NCBI GenBank assembly: GCA_964585175.1
Contig: CAZPCW010000001.1
Coordinates: 12,314 to 76,313, forward strand
Source of the DNA: an uncultured Thermoplasmata archaeon
GTDB taxonomy: Archaea; Thermoplasmatota; Thermoplasmata; Halarchaeoplasmatales; Halarchaeoplasmataceae
Reading direction: 5' to 3'
DNA: 64,000 nt
A program made the position numbers and the translations under genes. Under the pieces are notes generated by a model. It made no database searches. It was not told where the DNA came from and was given only the letters and a program-made list of their open reading frames with translations. Numbering within the stretch: position 1 is the first letter of the stretch; every line of letters starts with the position of its first letter. Below, in pieces: positions 19,226 to 27,475 of this stretch.

Positions 19226-19259
19226 GATAATCACGACATTAAATATAATATGATAATCG
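19226..19259 (+). promoter_or_regulatory. Promoter of the divergent arl accessory operon: TATA TTAAATATAATA (19239-19250) flanked by GATAATCAC (19226-19234) and TGATAATCG (19251-19259)
   Basis: The TATA box lies about 30 nt upstream of the ATG at 19275 (leaderless or short leader). The GATAATC core is the same as in the archaellin leader palindromes. Confidence 0.45.
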
Positions 19260-19274
19260 AAACTGTTTATCATA

Positions 19275-19952
19275 ATGCTTGAGGACTTAAGAGAGACAGA
19301 GCTATTTCAAGGGTCTTCATCGTTCAGACGGGCCCGGTTGTCCGATGACGAATCTGCTTCCACAGGAGTCAGTTCATTGATGCTTCTGATCGCCACGATA
19401 ATGATCACGGCGATAGTGGCCGGGGTCCTGGTAGATACGGTGACCAAGCTCCAAAATCAGTCGGAGAAAACCGCTGACCAGGCTATATCGGACGTGAGCA
19501 CGGGGATGAACACTCTTTCATTGACAGGAGATAGAAAGGAAAACGGGAATTCGAGTAAACCAACATCAAATGAAATAGAGGTGGTGGAAGTGATAGTTAG
19601 ACTTCAGTCGGGAAGCAATCCTGTAGATATGGATGACGTCGTGACTATAATTAACGACGGTAACACAACAAGTGAATTGCTCCATAATCCAGATACGAAT
19701 GATCCGACGGGAGCTGATGATACTAATTTCACTACAAAAGTTCTTAGAGATCCTGAAGGGGACTACGCGGATTCCAATGTGATGAATCAGGGTACTTTGG
19801 TAAAGATCTACATAGACGCTAACCTTACCGGTCTTCAACTGGACACCAATACCCCTGTTGAAATCAAAATTATACCAAATACCGGCCAATCCACTCAGAT
19901 ATCCTTCACCACTCCTTCAGTCTATGCTTCAAGGAAGGTGAATCTGAAATGA
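19275..19952 (+). CDS. Archaellin-like protein (divergent ArlB/ArlA-type) heading the arl accessory operon
   Basis: Archaellin-type hydrophobic N-terminus GVSSLMLLIATIMITAIVAGVLVDTVTKLQNQSEKTADQAISDV and archaellin-like C-terminus EIKIIPNTGQSTQISFTTPSVYA. Its central domain (DDGN.T...DPEGDY) resembles paralog 1 at 12249 more than the five major copies. Confidence 0.6.
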   Translation: MLEDLRETELFQGSSSFRRARLSDDESASTGVSSLMLLIATIMITAIVAGVLVDTVTKLQNQSEKTADQAISDVSTGMNTLSLTGDRKENGNSSKPTSNEIEVVEVIVRLQSGSNPVDMDDVVTIINDGNTTSELLHNPDTNDPTGADDTNFTTKVLRDPEGDYADSNVMNQGTLVKIYIDANLTGLQLDTNTPVEIKIIPNTGQSTQISFTTPSVYASRKVNLK

Positions 19953-20014
19953 TAAGGAAGAGTTTAAATAAGGTTAGATATCAAATTTATATTTACGCGC
20001 GAAGGTGGTAAGAT

Positions 20015-23000
20015 ATGGTAGACTTCGGAAAGTTGTTGGGAAAAGACAAAGATGAAGAAGAGGAAGATGAAGCCGAAGAAGAATCGGAAGGCGACATAGA
20101 TGATATTATAGACGGCGACGAAGGAGAGGGGGGGATGGGTCCGATGGGCGCGGATATGGACGAAGGTGAAGGTATCGGACCGCAGGGTGGTGGAGAAGGA
20201 GGTATGGGCGTGGCGCCCGACGTTAGGGACGATATTGACAGAAATAGAGATGACATCAGAGAAGTGGAAAATAAAGTAGAAACCATGAATGACACGGTAG
20301 ACGATATAGAGGAAAGAGTAAATGATCTTGAAGAAGATATAAGTCAATTATTAGATGTTTATGAGATGGTGACCGCTGAATTCAATCCTTTCTTAGAAGA
20401 AGGCGGCGGTTTAAGCGGAGGAGGTGGATCCTCTGAAGAAGGAGGCGGAGATGACTGGGATAGTATGGATTTCGGTGGATCACCTGAAGAAGAAAGCGAA
20501 GAAGAAAGTTCTGAAGGATCACCTCTTGATGAACTTGTAGAACCCCCTGAAGAGGAGCAAGAAGAGGAAGCGCCCGAAATGCCAGATATCGGATCCCCAG
20601 GTGAAGAAGAAGCCCCTGAAGCTCCGACGGAAACACCTCCTCAAGATCAATCTCAGGAACCAAAAAGTCCTGAACCCGCTCAGCCGGAGACCCCACAACA
20701 GCCTGCACAAGAACAACAGGCTCCACCTCAAACAGAACAAACCCAAGAACCCGTTCAACAACCCTCGACACAGCAAGAAGAATCTCAACAATCTCCTCAA
20801 CCCGCACAAGAACAGGTTCAGGAGCCTACCCAACAACCACAAACCCCTACCCAAGAACCTCAGCAACCGGCTCAAAAACAGCAAACCTCTCCACAGCAAC
20901 AACCAACACCTTCTCAAGAATCCAAACAACCGGCTCAAGAGCCTGAAAGGTCTACTGAACCTCAGCTATCTAAAGAACCAGGACCCGTCATGGAAGAGTC
21001 AGTTGAAACCATGGAAGAGGCACCAGGAGGTGAAATAACTGATGCCGAAGAACTACTAGATGAACTTGAAGGTGGGACTATGTATTTACTCGAATCTAGT
21101 GATGAGGATTTTCCATATGAAATATTTCAAGCTCTAGTTAAAGACAGATCTGGATTATGCCTAGTTAGAAACCACCCCGATGATATAAAAGACAATTATG
21201 ACATGACAGGAGTGGAATACGGGTGGCTTTCATCCTCTGGTGAAGACGTTGCTATTGGACCTGACGAATTAGATCTATTGGGCTTGACTATAGAGAGATT
21301 CATTTCGGAAGATGATGGAATAATACTCCTTGATGGGATTGGTTATCTTCTTTCGAACAATCCCGAATCTACTGTTATCCATTTCATACAATCCCTGCAG
21401 GATCAGATAACAGTCAAATCTACAATATTCTTGATCGTAGTCGATCCAGAGGATATGGAGCAGAAGAACATAGATCTGATCAAGAATGAACTTGATCTAG
21501 AAGTCAAAAAGAAAGAGGAGCTCTCTAAGGATACTGGAAGGAGCATCAGTGGAGGAGAAGAAAACCTAGTCTCAAAAGTAAGAAGAATGATGCAGTTCCT
21601 GGAAGAACAGGAGAAAAATCTTCAGGAGAGAGTCGATGAAATCAATCAGAAGACCATACCAGAATTTTCAGAGAGTATGGATTCGTCTGTAGTAAAAGAA
21701 GCTATCGAAGATCTGAAAAAAGAAAACAGAAGGCTTAAAGAGGAACTAGATAGATTGAAAGAAGAAGAATCGGAAGAGGAGATAGATACTTCTCCAGAAA
21801 GAGCTAAAGACATAAAGGAAACGATGGATCTATTCAAAGAAGAAAAAGAAACCCTTGAGGAGATAAAAGAACTTGAAGAGGAAGAAGAGGTGGAAGAAGA
21901 AGTCGGTGAAGAACCTTCTGCTATAATCGAAGCTATACAAGATCTCGAAGAAGAGATCGATAAGTTGAAGGATGAGATGAAAGAGCTCAAAGAAGGTGCT
22001 CCAGAAGAAAGTGAAATTGTCGAAAAAGAAGAAACTATAGAGGGTATTGATGAAAGTTTGAAAGGAGAAACGGAAGTTGAAGTGGAACCAGAACCTGAAC
22101 AGGAAATCAAAATCGAAGAACCAGAAGAATCAGTTGAAGAGGAATCGATGGATGAAATCACCGATATACCCGGAAATATAGACGAAAAAGTCGATGTTGA
22201 AATCGAGGAAGAAACAGGAATAGAAGAAGAAAAAGAAGCTGAGGAATCGGGTCTTCCGGAAATAGAAGAAGAGGAAACTGAAGAGCTCGAAGTAGAAGAA
22301 CCGGGGATGGAAGAATCAGAAGCGGAAGAAAACAAAGAGGAAAAAACGGTTGAAGAAAAAAGCGAAGAAAAACCAGAAGAAGAAACTTCCATCTTGAAGG
22401 AAATGATACAGGGTCTAGAAAAAGAAATAGATGGTCTAAGGAACGAAATCCAGGATCTAAAACAGGGTGAAGAGGAAACTGAAGCTATTGGTGAAGAAAC
22501 CGGCGAGAAGATTGAAGAGATCGAGGAAAAAGATCTAGCGAGTGAAGCAGCAGAGAAAGCTGGTGAGATCGTTGAAGAGGTAGAAGAAGAGCTGGGCGAA
22601 GATATGGTCGATGAGGATGTACAGGAGGAAAGCGAAGAGGAAGAAAAAGAGATGGAAGAAGTGATGGAAGTGATCGAAAAGGAAGAACAATTGATGGAAG
22701 AACCTGAAAAAGTTAAAGAAAAAGTAGGATCTGAGGAAGTGGAAAGCCCAGTCCAGACTGAAGGATCAGAAGAAGAGAAAGAAGAGGAACTCGAATCGGA
22801 TCATTTAACTGAAGACGCTGAAAAAGGGATTGAAGAGGACAAAGAAGTGATGCCAGAGCGCGAAGAGCCGATAGAGGAAAGTGAGAAAGAGACAGAAGAT
22901 AAAGAAATAGAGCCCGAAAAGAAAGAGGAAACAGTCGAGGAGCCAAAAATAGATGAAAAAGAAGAAGGAACTATCTATTCTGAGGAAGAAATACAGTTAG

Positions 23001-23458
23001 AGCCAGAGTCGGAGATATCTGGTGATATAGCATCTGATAGTGATGTCCAGATCGAGAAAGATGTGAAAGTTGACGGATCTTTGAGTGCAGAAGAGGATAT
23101 CAAAATACACGAAAAAACTGAGATACAGGGAGATATAAAATCTGATTCTGGTGACGTAAATATAGGTGAAGAGTGTAAGGTGGGAGGAGAGATCAATGGA
23201 AAGAAAGTGTTAATCTCTAAAGGAAGTGAAGTGGAAGATATTGAAGCAGAAGAAAAAGTGATCTTGGAAGAAAATACGAAAGTGAATAAAGTTTTGTGTG
23301 AAGGTGACGTGAAGCTGTCAGAAAACGTCCAGATCGAAGAAGGAATTGAGTACGGTGGCCAATTACTATTTGAAGGAGATAAGATAAGTATCGGTGATCT
23401 GGTTCATCCGATAAATGAAGACGAAGAGGTGGTGAAAGAAAGATGGGCTTCTCAGTAG
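20015..23458 (+). CDS. Giant acidic multidomain protein: ArlC/D/E-like N-terminus, PQ-rich linker, DUF835-like (KaiC-lobe-like) domain, a long Glu-rich coiled coil of about 450 aa, and a bactofilin-like beta-helical C-terminus
   Basis: It occupies the position of arlCDE, between the archaellin-like gene and arlF. N-terminal coiled coil ending LLDVYEMVTAEFNPF, which I read as ArlD/E-family-like. A P/Q/E low-complexity block around 20580-20990. Block GLCLVRNHPDDIKDNYDMTGVEYGWLSSSGEDVAIGPDELDLLGLTIERFISEDDGIILLDGIGYLLSNNPESTVIHFIQSLQDQITVKSTIFLIVVDP, which I read as DUF835-like. An extremely E/K-rich region with heptad-like periodicity. C-terminal 150 aa built from the repeat D/E-V-x-I-x-G-D-I/V (SGDIASDSDVQIEKDVKVDGSLSAEEDIKIHEKTEIQGDIKSDSGDVNIGEECKVGGEINGKKVLISKGSEVEDIE...), which is bactofilin-like. 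The 3' end overlaps the arlF start by 16 nt. Confidence 0.55.
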   Translation: MVDFGKLLGKDKDEEEEDEAEEESEGDIDDIIDGDEGEGGMGPMGADMDEGEGIGPQGGGEGGMGVAPDVRDDIDRNRDDIREVENKVETMNDTVDDIEERVNDLEEDISQLLDVYEMVTAEFNPFLEEGGGLSGGGGSSEEGGGDDWDSMDFGGSPEEESEEESSEGSPLDELVEPPEEEQEEEAPEMPDIGSPGEEEAPEAPTETPPQDQSQEPKSPEPAQPETPQQPAQEQQAPPQTEQTQEPVQQPSTQQEESQQSPQPAQEQVQEPTQQPQTPTQEPQQPAQKQQTSPQQQPTPSQESKQPAQEPERSTEPQLSKEPGPVMEESVETMEEAPGGEITDAEELLDELEGGTMYLLESSDEDFPYEIFQALVKDRSGLCLVRNHPDDIKDNYDMTGVEYGWLSSSGEDVAIGPDELDLLGLTIERFISEDDGIILLDGIGYLLSNNPESTVIHFIQSLQDQITVKSTIFLIVVDPEDMEQKNIDLIKNELDLEVKKKEELSKDTGRSISGGEENLVSKVRRMMQFLEEQEKNLQERVDEINQKTIPEFSESMDSSVVKEAIEDLKKENRRLKEELDRLKEEESEEEIDTSPERAKDIKETMDLFKEEKETLEEIKELEEEEEVEEEVGEEPSAIIEAIQDLEEEIDKLKDEMKELKEGAPEESEIVEKEETIEGIDESLKGETEVEVEPEPEQEIKIEEPEESVEEESMDEITDIPGNIDEKVDVEIEEETGIEEEKEAEESGLPEIEEEETEELEVEEPGMEESEAEENKEEKTVEEKSEEKPEEETSILKEMIQGLEKEIDGLRNEIQDLKQGEEETEAIGEETGEKIEEIEEKDLASEAAEKAGEIVEEVEEELGEDMVDEDVQEESEEEEKEMEEVMEVIEKEEQLMEEPEKVKEKVGSEEVESPVQTEGSEEEKEEELESDHLTEDAEKGIEEDKEVMPEREEPIEESEKETEDKEIEPEKKEETVEEPKIDEKEEGTIYSEEEIQLEPESEISGDIASDSDVQIEKDVKVDGSLSAEEDIKIHEKTEIQGDIKSDSGDVNIGEECKVGGEINGKKVLISKGSEVEDIEAEEKVILEENTKVNKVLCEGDVKLSENVQIEEGIEYGGQLLFEGDKISIGDLVHPINEDEEVVKERWASQ

Positions 23459-24651
23459 CTGGTTCCGGCGGAATAATCTTTGTAGCTCTTATCGTTACCT
23501 TCTCTGCACTCTCAGGAGCTTTTTACTCCAGCATGGAGAACTTTGAAACTGAGATAAATGATAGTTCGGAAAGAAAGATATATCGGCAACAGACGGACAT
23601 CGAAATAAAGTCCGTAATGTATAATAGGACCAATAACCAGACGGTAATCAAAGTCAAAAATACCGGTTCAACTGTTTTGAACGCTACAAAAAGCGACGTC
23701 GTTCTAGACGGAGAAATCATAAACTCTGAAAATATAACCTTCGATAATGAAGAATATGAAGGTTATCATTGGCCGCCTGAAGAGGATTTGAAGATAAGAT
23801 TGAACGATGTAGACCTGGACTTTATACCGACCGTTAGCGAAAGAGTTGGTAATAAGGTTACGAAAGGAATAACCCTACCAGGTTCTATCAGTTCAAATTC
23901 AAATTATACATATGTTATAGAAGATGGAGATGTAGACGATAGAGGAAACATCTCGATATATGATTACAAAAATAATCTGATCAACACGATATCGGGAGGT
24001 ATCCTAGATAAAGCCACGGACCTCTCTTCTAATTACCAAAATCTTTTCGTTATCGATAATCAAAATCACGTAGACAAGTTTGATCTTGAAGGGGGTGGTG
24101 GAGTTGAACATATAACGAACGGAGAATTGACTTCACCTAAAGCAATATCGGTTACTGATGAAAATACTCAAGACTACATTTACATCTTAGATGATAACTC
24201 CCATGTAGATAGATTTAACCTGAACGGTTCCTATCATGATACTCCAGTGACAAACCTTGATGGCGTTATAGACATTTACGTCACGGACCATATCTACTTG
24301 GTTAATGAAACATCGAACAGTGTAGAAAGGTACTCTCTTGACGGCACCACACATAGCACTTTGATCTCGGGTGGAGAACTTTCTGATCCTAGTAATATTA
24401 CAGTGAGCGATCAGAACTTTGCTTCTCCACGAATATATGTCGTTGATTCTAGTTCTCATGTAGATGTGTTCGATACTGATGGGACCTTCATAAAGACGAT
24501 CGAAGAAGAAATGGGTAGTCAGTTGGGAGGTATAGATGTAGCAGGAAAGATATTCATCGGTAATGGATTGAACGGATGGTTCAGACTCAATCTTGGCCCT
24601 AAGTTAAAAGTAGTTCTTGAAAACGGAATAGCAGATTATGAAAGAATATAG
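23443..24651 (+). CDS. arlF: ArlF (FlaF)-like protein fused to a C-terminal NHL-repeat beta-propeller
   Basis: N-terminal TM plus FlaF/FlaG-family domain (MGFSVAGSGGIIFVALIVTFSALSGAFY...VIKVKNTGSTVLNATKSDVVLDG), homologous to the ArlG next door (VYVKNTGSTRMNMTDVKILVNG). Repeated NHL-like blades follow: LFVIDNQNHVDKFDLEGGG, IYILDDNSHVDRFNLNGSY, IYLVNETSNSVERYSLDGT, IYVVDSSSHVDVFDTDGTF. Confidence 0.6.
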   Translation: MGFSVAGSGGIIFVALIVTFSALSGAFYSSMENFETEINDSSERKIYRQQTDIEIKSVMYNRTNNQTVIKVKNTGSTVLNATKSDVVLDGEIINSENITFDNEEYEGYHWPPEEDLKIRLNDVDLDFIPTVSERVGNKVTKGITLPGSISSNSNYTYVIEDGDVDDRGNISIYDYKNNLINTISGGILDKATDLSSNYQNLFVIDNQNHVDKFDLEGGGGVEHITNGELTSPKAISVTDENTQDYIYILDDNSHVDRFNLNGSYHDTPVTNLDGVIDIYVTDHIYLVNETSNSVERYSLDGTTHSTLISGGELSDPSNITVSDQNFASPRIYVVDSSSHVDVFDTDGTFIKTIEEEMGSQLGGIDVAGKIFIGNGLNGWFRLNLGPKLKVVLENGIADYERI

Positions 24652-24663
24652 GAGGTAAAAAAT

Positions 24664-25101
24664 ATGGGATTCTCTATATCGAGTTCGCACTTGGTCTTTT
24701 TCTTGGCCTCGATGGTAGTGGCATCTACGCTAGCAGGAGTATTTATCACTTCTACCGATACTATTTCCAACGCGATAAGATCAAGAGAGGACTCGTTGAG
24801 CGAAAGGATGAAAAGCGATATCTCTATAATCAATGACCCAAACAATATGCCGAACGATCCATTGACAGTATATGTAAAAAATACCGGTTCGACAAGGATG
24901 AATATGACTGATGTAAAGATACTTGTTAATGGAACGCTTCAACAGACTTCTTCCATCCAACTGGTAGATAGTGACGATAACTATTGGTCACCCACAGATG
25001 TTATAAAGGTGGAAGTAGATATTAATTTACCAGCTGGCGATCACTGGCTAAAAGTTGTGGCTTCTCACCAATCGGAAGATACCTTAGAATTCACTATATA
25101 A
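24664..25101 (+). CDS. arlG: ArlG (FlaG) archaellum stator/accessory protein
   Basis: 145 aa with N-terminal TM helix MGFSISSSHLVFFLASMVVASTLAGVFI and a FlaF/FlaG-family beta-sandwich region. Its position after arlF is canonical. Confidence 0.65.
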   Translation: MGFSISSSHLVFFLASMVVASTLAGVFITSTDTISNAIRSREDSLSERMKSDISIINDPNNMPNDPLTVYVKNTGSTRMNMTDVKILVNGTLQQTSSIQLVDSDDNYWSPTDVIKVEVDINLPAGDHWLKVVASHQSEDTLEFTI

Positions 25102-25113
25102 AAGGTGGTATAG

Positions 25114-25809
25114 ATGGTAGAGATTAGAGAGATAGATATACCTCGTGACGATCTCTCCGATATGCTCGGAGGAGGTTTCCCATCATCATCCCTTGGAATA
25201 ATTGAGGGTAGATACGGTACTGGAAAGTCAGTGTTCACTCAACGCTTAACGTATGGGTTTTTAGAAAATGGTTATCAGGTTTCAGTGATATCTACGGAGT
25301 TGACCGTAAAGGGATTCATCGAACAGATGGATTCCTTGGGGTACAAAATAACATCCTATCTCTTGAATCACGATCTGCTATTCATACCAATTTACGGAAT
25401 GCTTCAACAGGAGTCCTCTACAAATTACGTAGAAAAATTGATGAGTGGAGAAAAGATATTCGAATCTGATGTCATAGTGGTAGACACATTTTCGGCCCTA
25501 GTAAATAAAGATTCTAACCCTGAAGAGTCTTTGAAAAAGTTGGAAAGTTTCACACAGAGACTTTTAGCGCAGGGTAGAACTATTCTGTTGAATATCGAAT
25601 CAGGCCCTTCTTCTGAGAAACTGTTCCCCCCCTTCTATTCCTCCGCACACATGCTTTTTGAGATGGAGCTTAACCAGGTCGGTGGAACCGTCTCCCAGGA
25701 AATCAATATAAAAAGATTTGCTAAAGCTGGAGGCGGAGTTTCTAATAGCATCGCTTTTAGGGTCGAGCCTGGAATCGGATTTGTATTAGAAATCACATCG
25801 GTGGGATAA
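25114..25809 (+). CDS. arlH: ArlH (FlaH) KaiC/RecA-like ATPase
   Basis: Walker A motif GRYGTGKSVF, 231 aa, RecA/KaiC-like layout. Its position before arlI is canonical. Confidence 0.8.
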   Translation: MVEIREIDIPRDDLSDMLGGGFPSSSLGIIEGRYGTGKSVFTQRLTYGFLENGYQVSVISTELTVKGFIEQMDSLGYKITSYLLNHDLLFIPIYGMLQQESSTNYVEKLMSGEKIFESDVIVVDTFSALVNKDSNPEESLKKLESFTQRLLAQGRTILLNIESGPSSEKLFPPFYSSAHMLFEMELNQVGGTVSQEINIKRFAKAGGGVSNSIAFRVEPGIGFVLEITSVG

Positions 25810-25810
25810 G

Positions 25811-27460
25811 ATGTCTCCCGTACAGCAGCATGAAAGTTCATTGGCGCAAGCTAGAAAGAGGAACCCGCACCTTAATGAATATATCAAGGGGCTACAAAGT
25901 AGAGGCATCGACGTTCCTGTATTGAAAAATAGGGTGGATAGAGATCTAAAAGATCAAAACGAAGTGAATATAATATATCCTATAGGTGATCCTATCTTCG
26001 TCCACGTTTATGGGACCGAGAACAGTGGATACAATTACAACGGGATAGAACCTGAATTAGATACTGAAAGCAGGGAACTCCTTCAAGAAATACAGGATTT
26101 TATCTTTGAAAAAGCTGCTTTTGAAGACGTAAAAGACGATCCAGAAAAATTAAAAGATCTTATCGAAGAATCCGTTGAGGAATTCGTCGATAAGGAAACC
26201 AGTGGACTATTATTCAGCAGGGATATACCAAAAGAGAGGGTGAGAAGAGTAAAATACAGACTGATGAGAGATCTGGCTGATCTAGGACCTCTTGAACCTC
26301 TTATGAGAGATCCTTATATAGAAGATATTTACGTAGTTGGTTTAGAACCTATCAAACTCATCCATAAGATATTCGATGAGATGAAGACTAATCTACAATT
26401 CGAGACAATGGAGAAGCTCGATGAATATCTAGTCAATCTAGGGGATAGAGTCGACGTGGATGTGAACGCTTCGGATGCTGTATTTGACACTGCAATGCCA
26501 GATGGATCTAGACTTAATATAATATATCCCGAAGATATTTCGATAAAAGGACCCAGTTTTACGATAAGAAAGTTCGAAGAGACACCTCTTACAATGCCAC
26601 AGATAATTAAGTGGAATACATTCAGTCCGAGGATGGGTGCATACATGTGGCTAGCCATGGAGCATGGCATGTCTGTCATCGTTTCCGGAGAGACAGCTTC
26701 GGGTAAAACTACTACTTTTAACTCAATGTTACCATTCATTCCTCATAACAATAAGGTTTACTCGGTTGAAGATACGGCAGAAGTCCAACCCCCTCAAGAG
26801 ACTTGGCAGCAGATGATAATCAAAGAATCGGAAGACGAGCAGATATCTGTCGAATACTTTGACCTTATAAAGGCCGCTATGAGGAGTAGACCAGAGGCTC
26901 TCCTTGTGGGAGAGATCAGAGGTGAAGAAGGTAATATCGCTTTCCAGGCCATGCAGACCGGTGTACCCGTCATCTCCACTTTCCACGCAGCTTCAGTCCA
27001 CAAGTTAATACAGAGGATGAGTGGAGAACCGATAAACGTTCCTTTACACTTTTTCCCGAATCTTGATTTCGTCGTTATACAGCAGGCGGTTTATGTTGGT
27101 GGTGAATTTCTGAGAAGGATGTTAGCTCTAACCGAGATAACCGGTTACCTGAGAGAAGAAGACAGCGTAGAGGTCCGAGAGATATTTGGATGGGATCCTG
27201 TCAGTGACAGTTTCGACTTTAGAGGAAAATTTAACAGTCAGCTTTTAGAAGAAAAGATAGCTCCAAGGATGGGTTTTGATGATAAAAGAGACATATATTT
27301 GGAGCTGGAAAAAAGAGCCCAGATAATCAAAAACATGATCAGAGAAGATATATTGGGTTATGATGAGGTAATAGAGACACTAAGAAAATGGCATAGAGGA
27401 GGTATGGAATCTCTGCCTCCCCGTTTAAGAGTAAAAGATTCCCAGGTTAGCATAAAATAA
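25811..27460 (+). CDS. arlI: ArlI (FlaI) archaellum motor ATPase (type II/IV secretion ATPase family)
   Basis: Walker A motif SGETASGKTTTFNSMLPFIP, Asp box, His box (STFHAAS) and an N-terminal FlaI-specific domain. It lies immediately upstream of arlJ. Confidence 0.85.
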   Translation: MSPVQQHESSLAQARKRNPHLNEYIKGLQSRGIDVPVLKNRVDRDLKDQNEVNIIYPIGDPIFVHVYGTENSGYNYNGIEPELDTESRELLQEIQDFIFEKAAFEDVKDDPEKLKDLIEESVEEFVDKETSGLLFSRDIPKERVRRVKYRLMRDLADLGPLEPLMRDPYIEDIYVVGLEPIKLIHKIFDEMKTNLQFETMEKLDEYLVNLGDRVDVDVNASDAVFDTAMPDGSRLNIIYPEDISIKGPSFTIRKFEETPLTMPQIIKWNTFSPRMGAYMWLAMEHGMSVIVSGETASGKTTTFNSMLPFIPHNNKVYSVEDTAEVQPPQETWQQMIIKESEDEQISVEYFDLIKAAMRSRPEALLVGEIRGEEGNIAFQAMQTGVPVISTFHAASVHKLIQRMSGEPINVPLHFFPNLDFVVIQQAVYVGGEFLRRMLALTEITGYLREEDSVEVREIFGWDPVSDSFDFRGKFNSQLLEEKIAPRMGFDDKRDIYLELEKRAQIIKNMIREDILGYDEVIETLRKWHRGGMESLPPRLRVKDSQVSIK

Positions 27461-27475
27461 GTAATATGGGATAAT

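Noticed and set aside
20382-22392. Overlapping ORFs inside the giant acidic gene (20382..20807, 20519..20938, 20601..21038 and the 248-aa antisense ORF 21646..22392)
   Set aside because: These are low-complexity Leu/Arg or Ser-rich translations of the GAA/CAA-rich repeats in alternative or antisense frames. Only the 20015..23458 frame gives an acidic, domain-containing protein in operon context.
20580-23000. Long GAA/GAG/CAA-rich stretch as a non-coding tandem repeat, CRISPR array or satellite
   Set aside because: It is in-frame coding low complexity (Glu/Gln/Pro-rich) inside a continuous ORF. It has no regular repeat-spacer periodicity, and no CRISPR-like direct repeats occur anywhere in the window.
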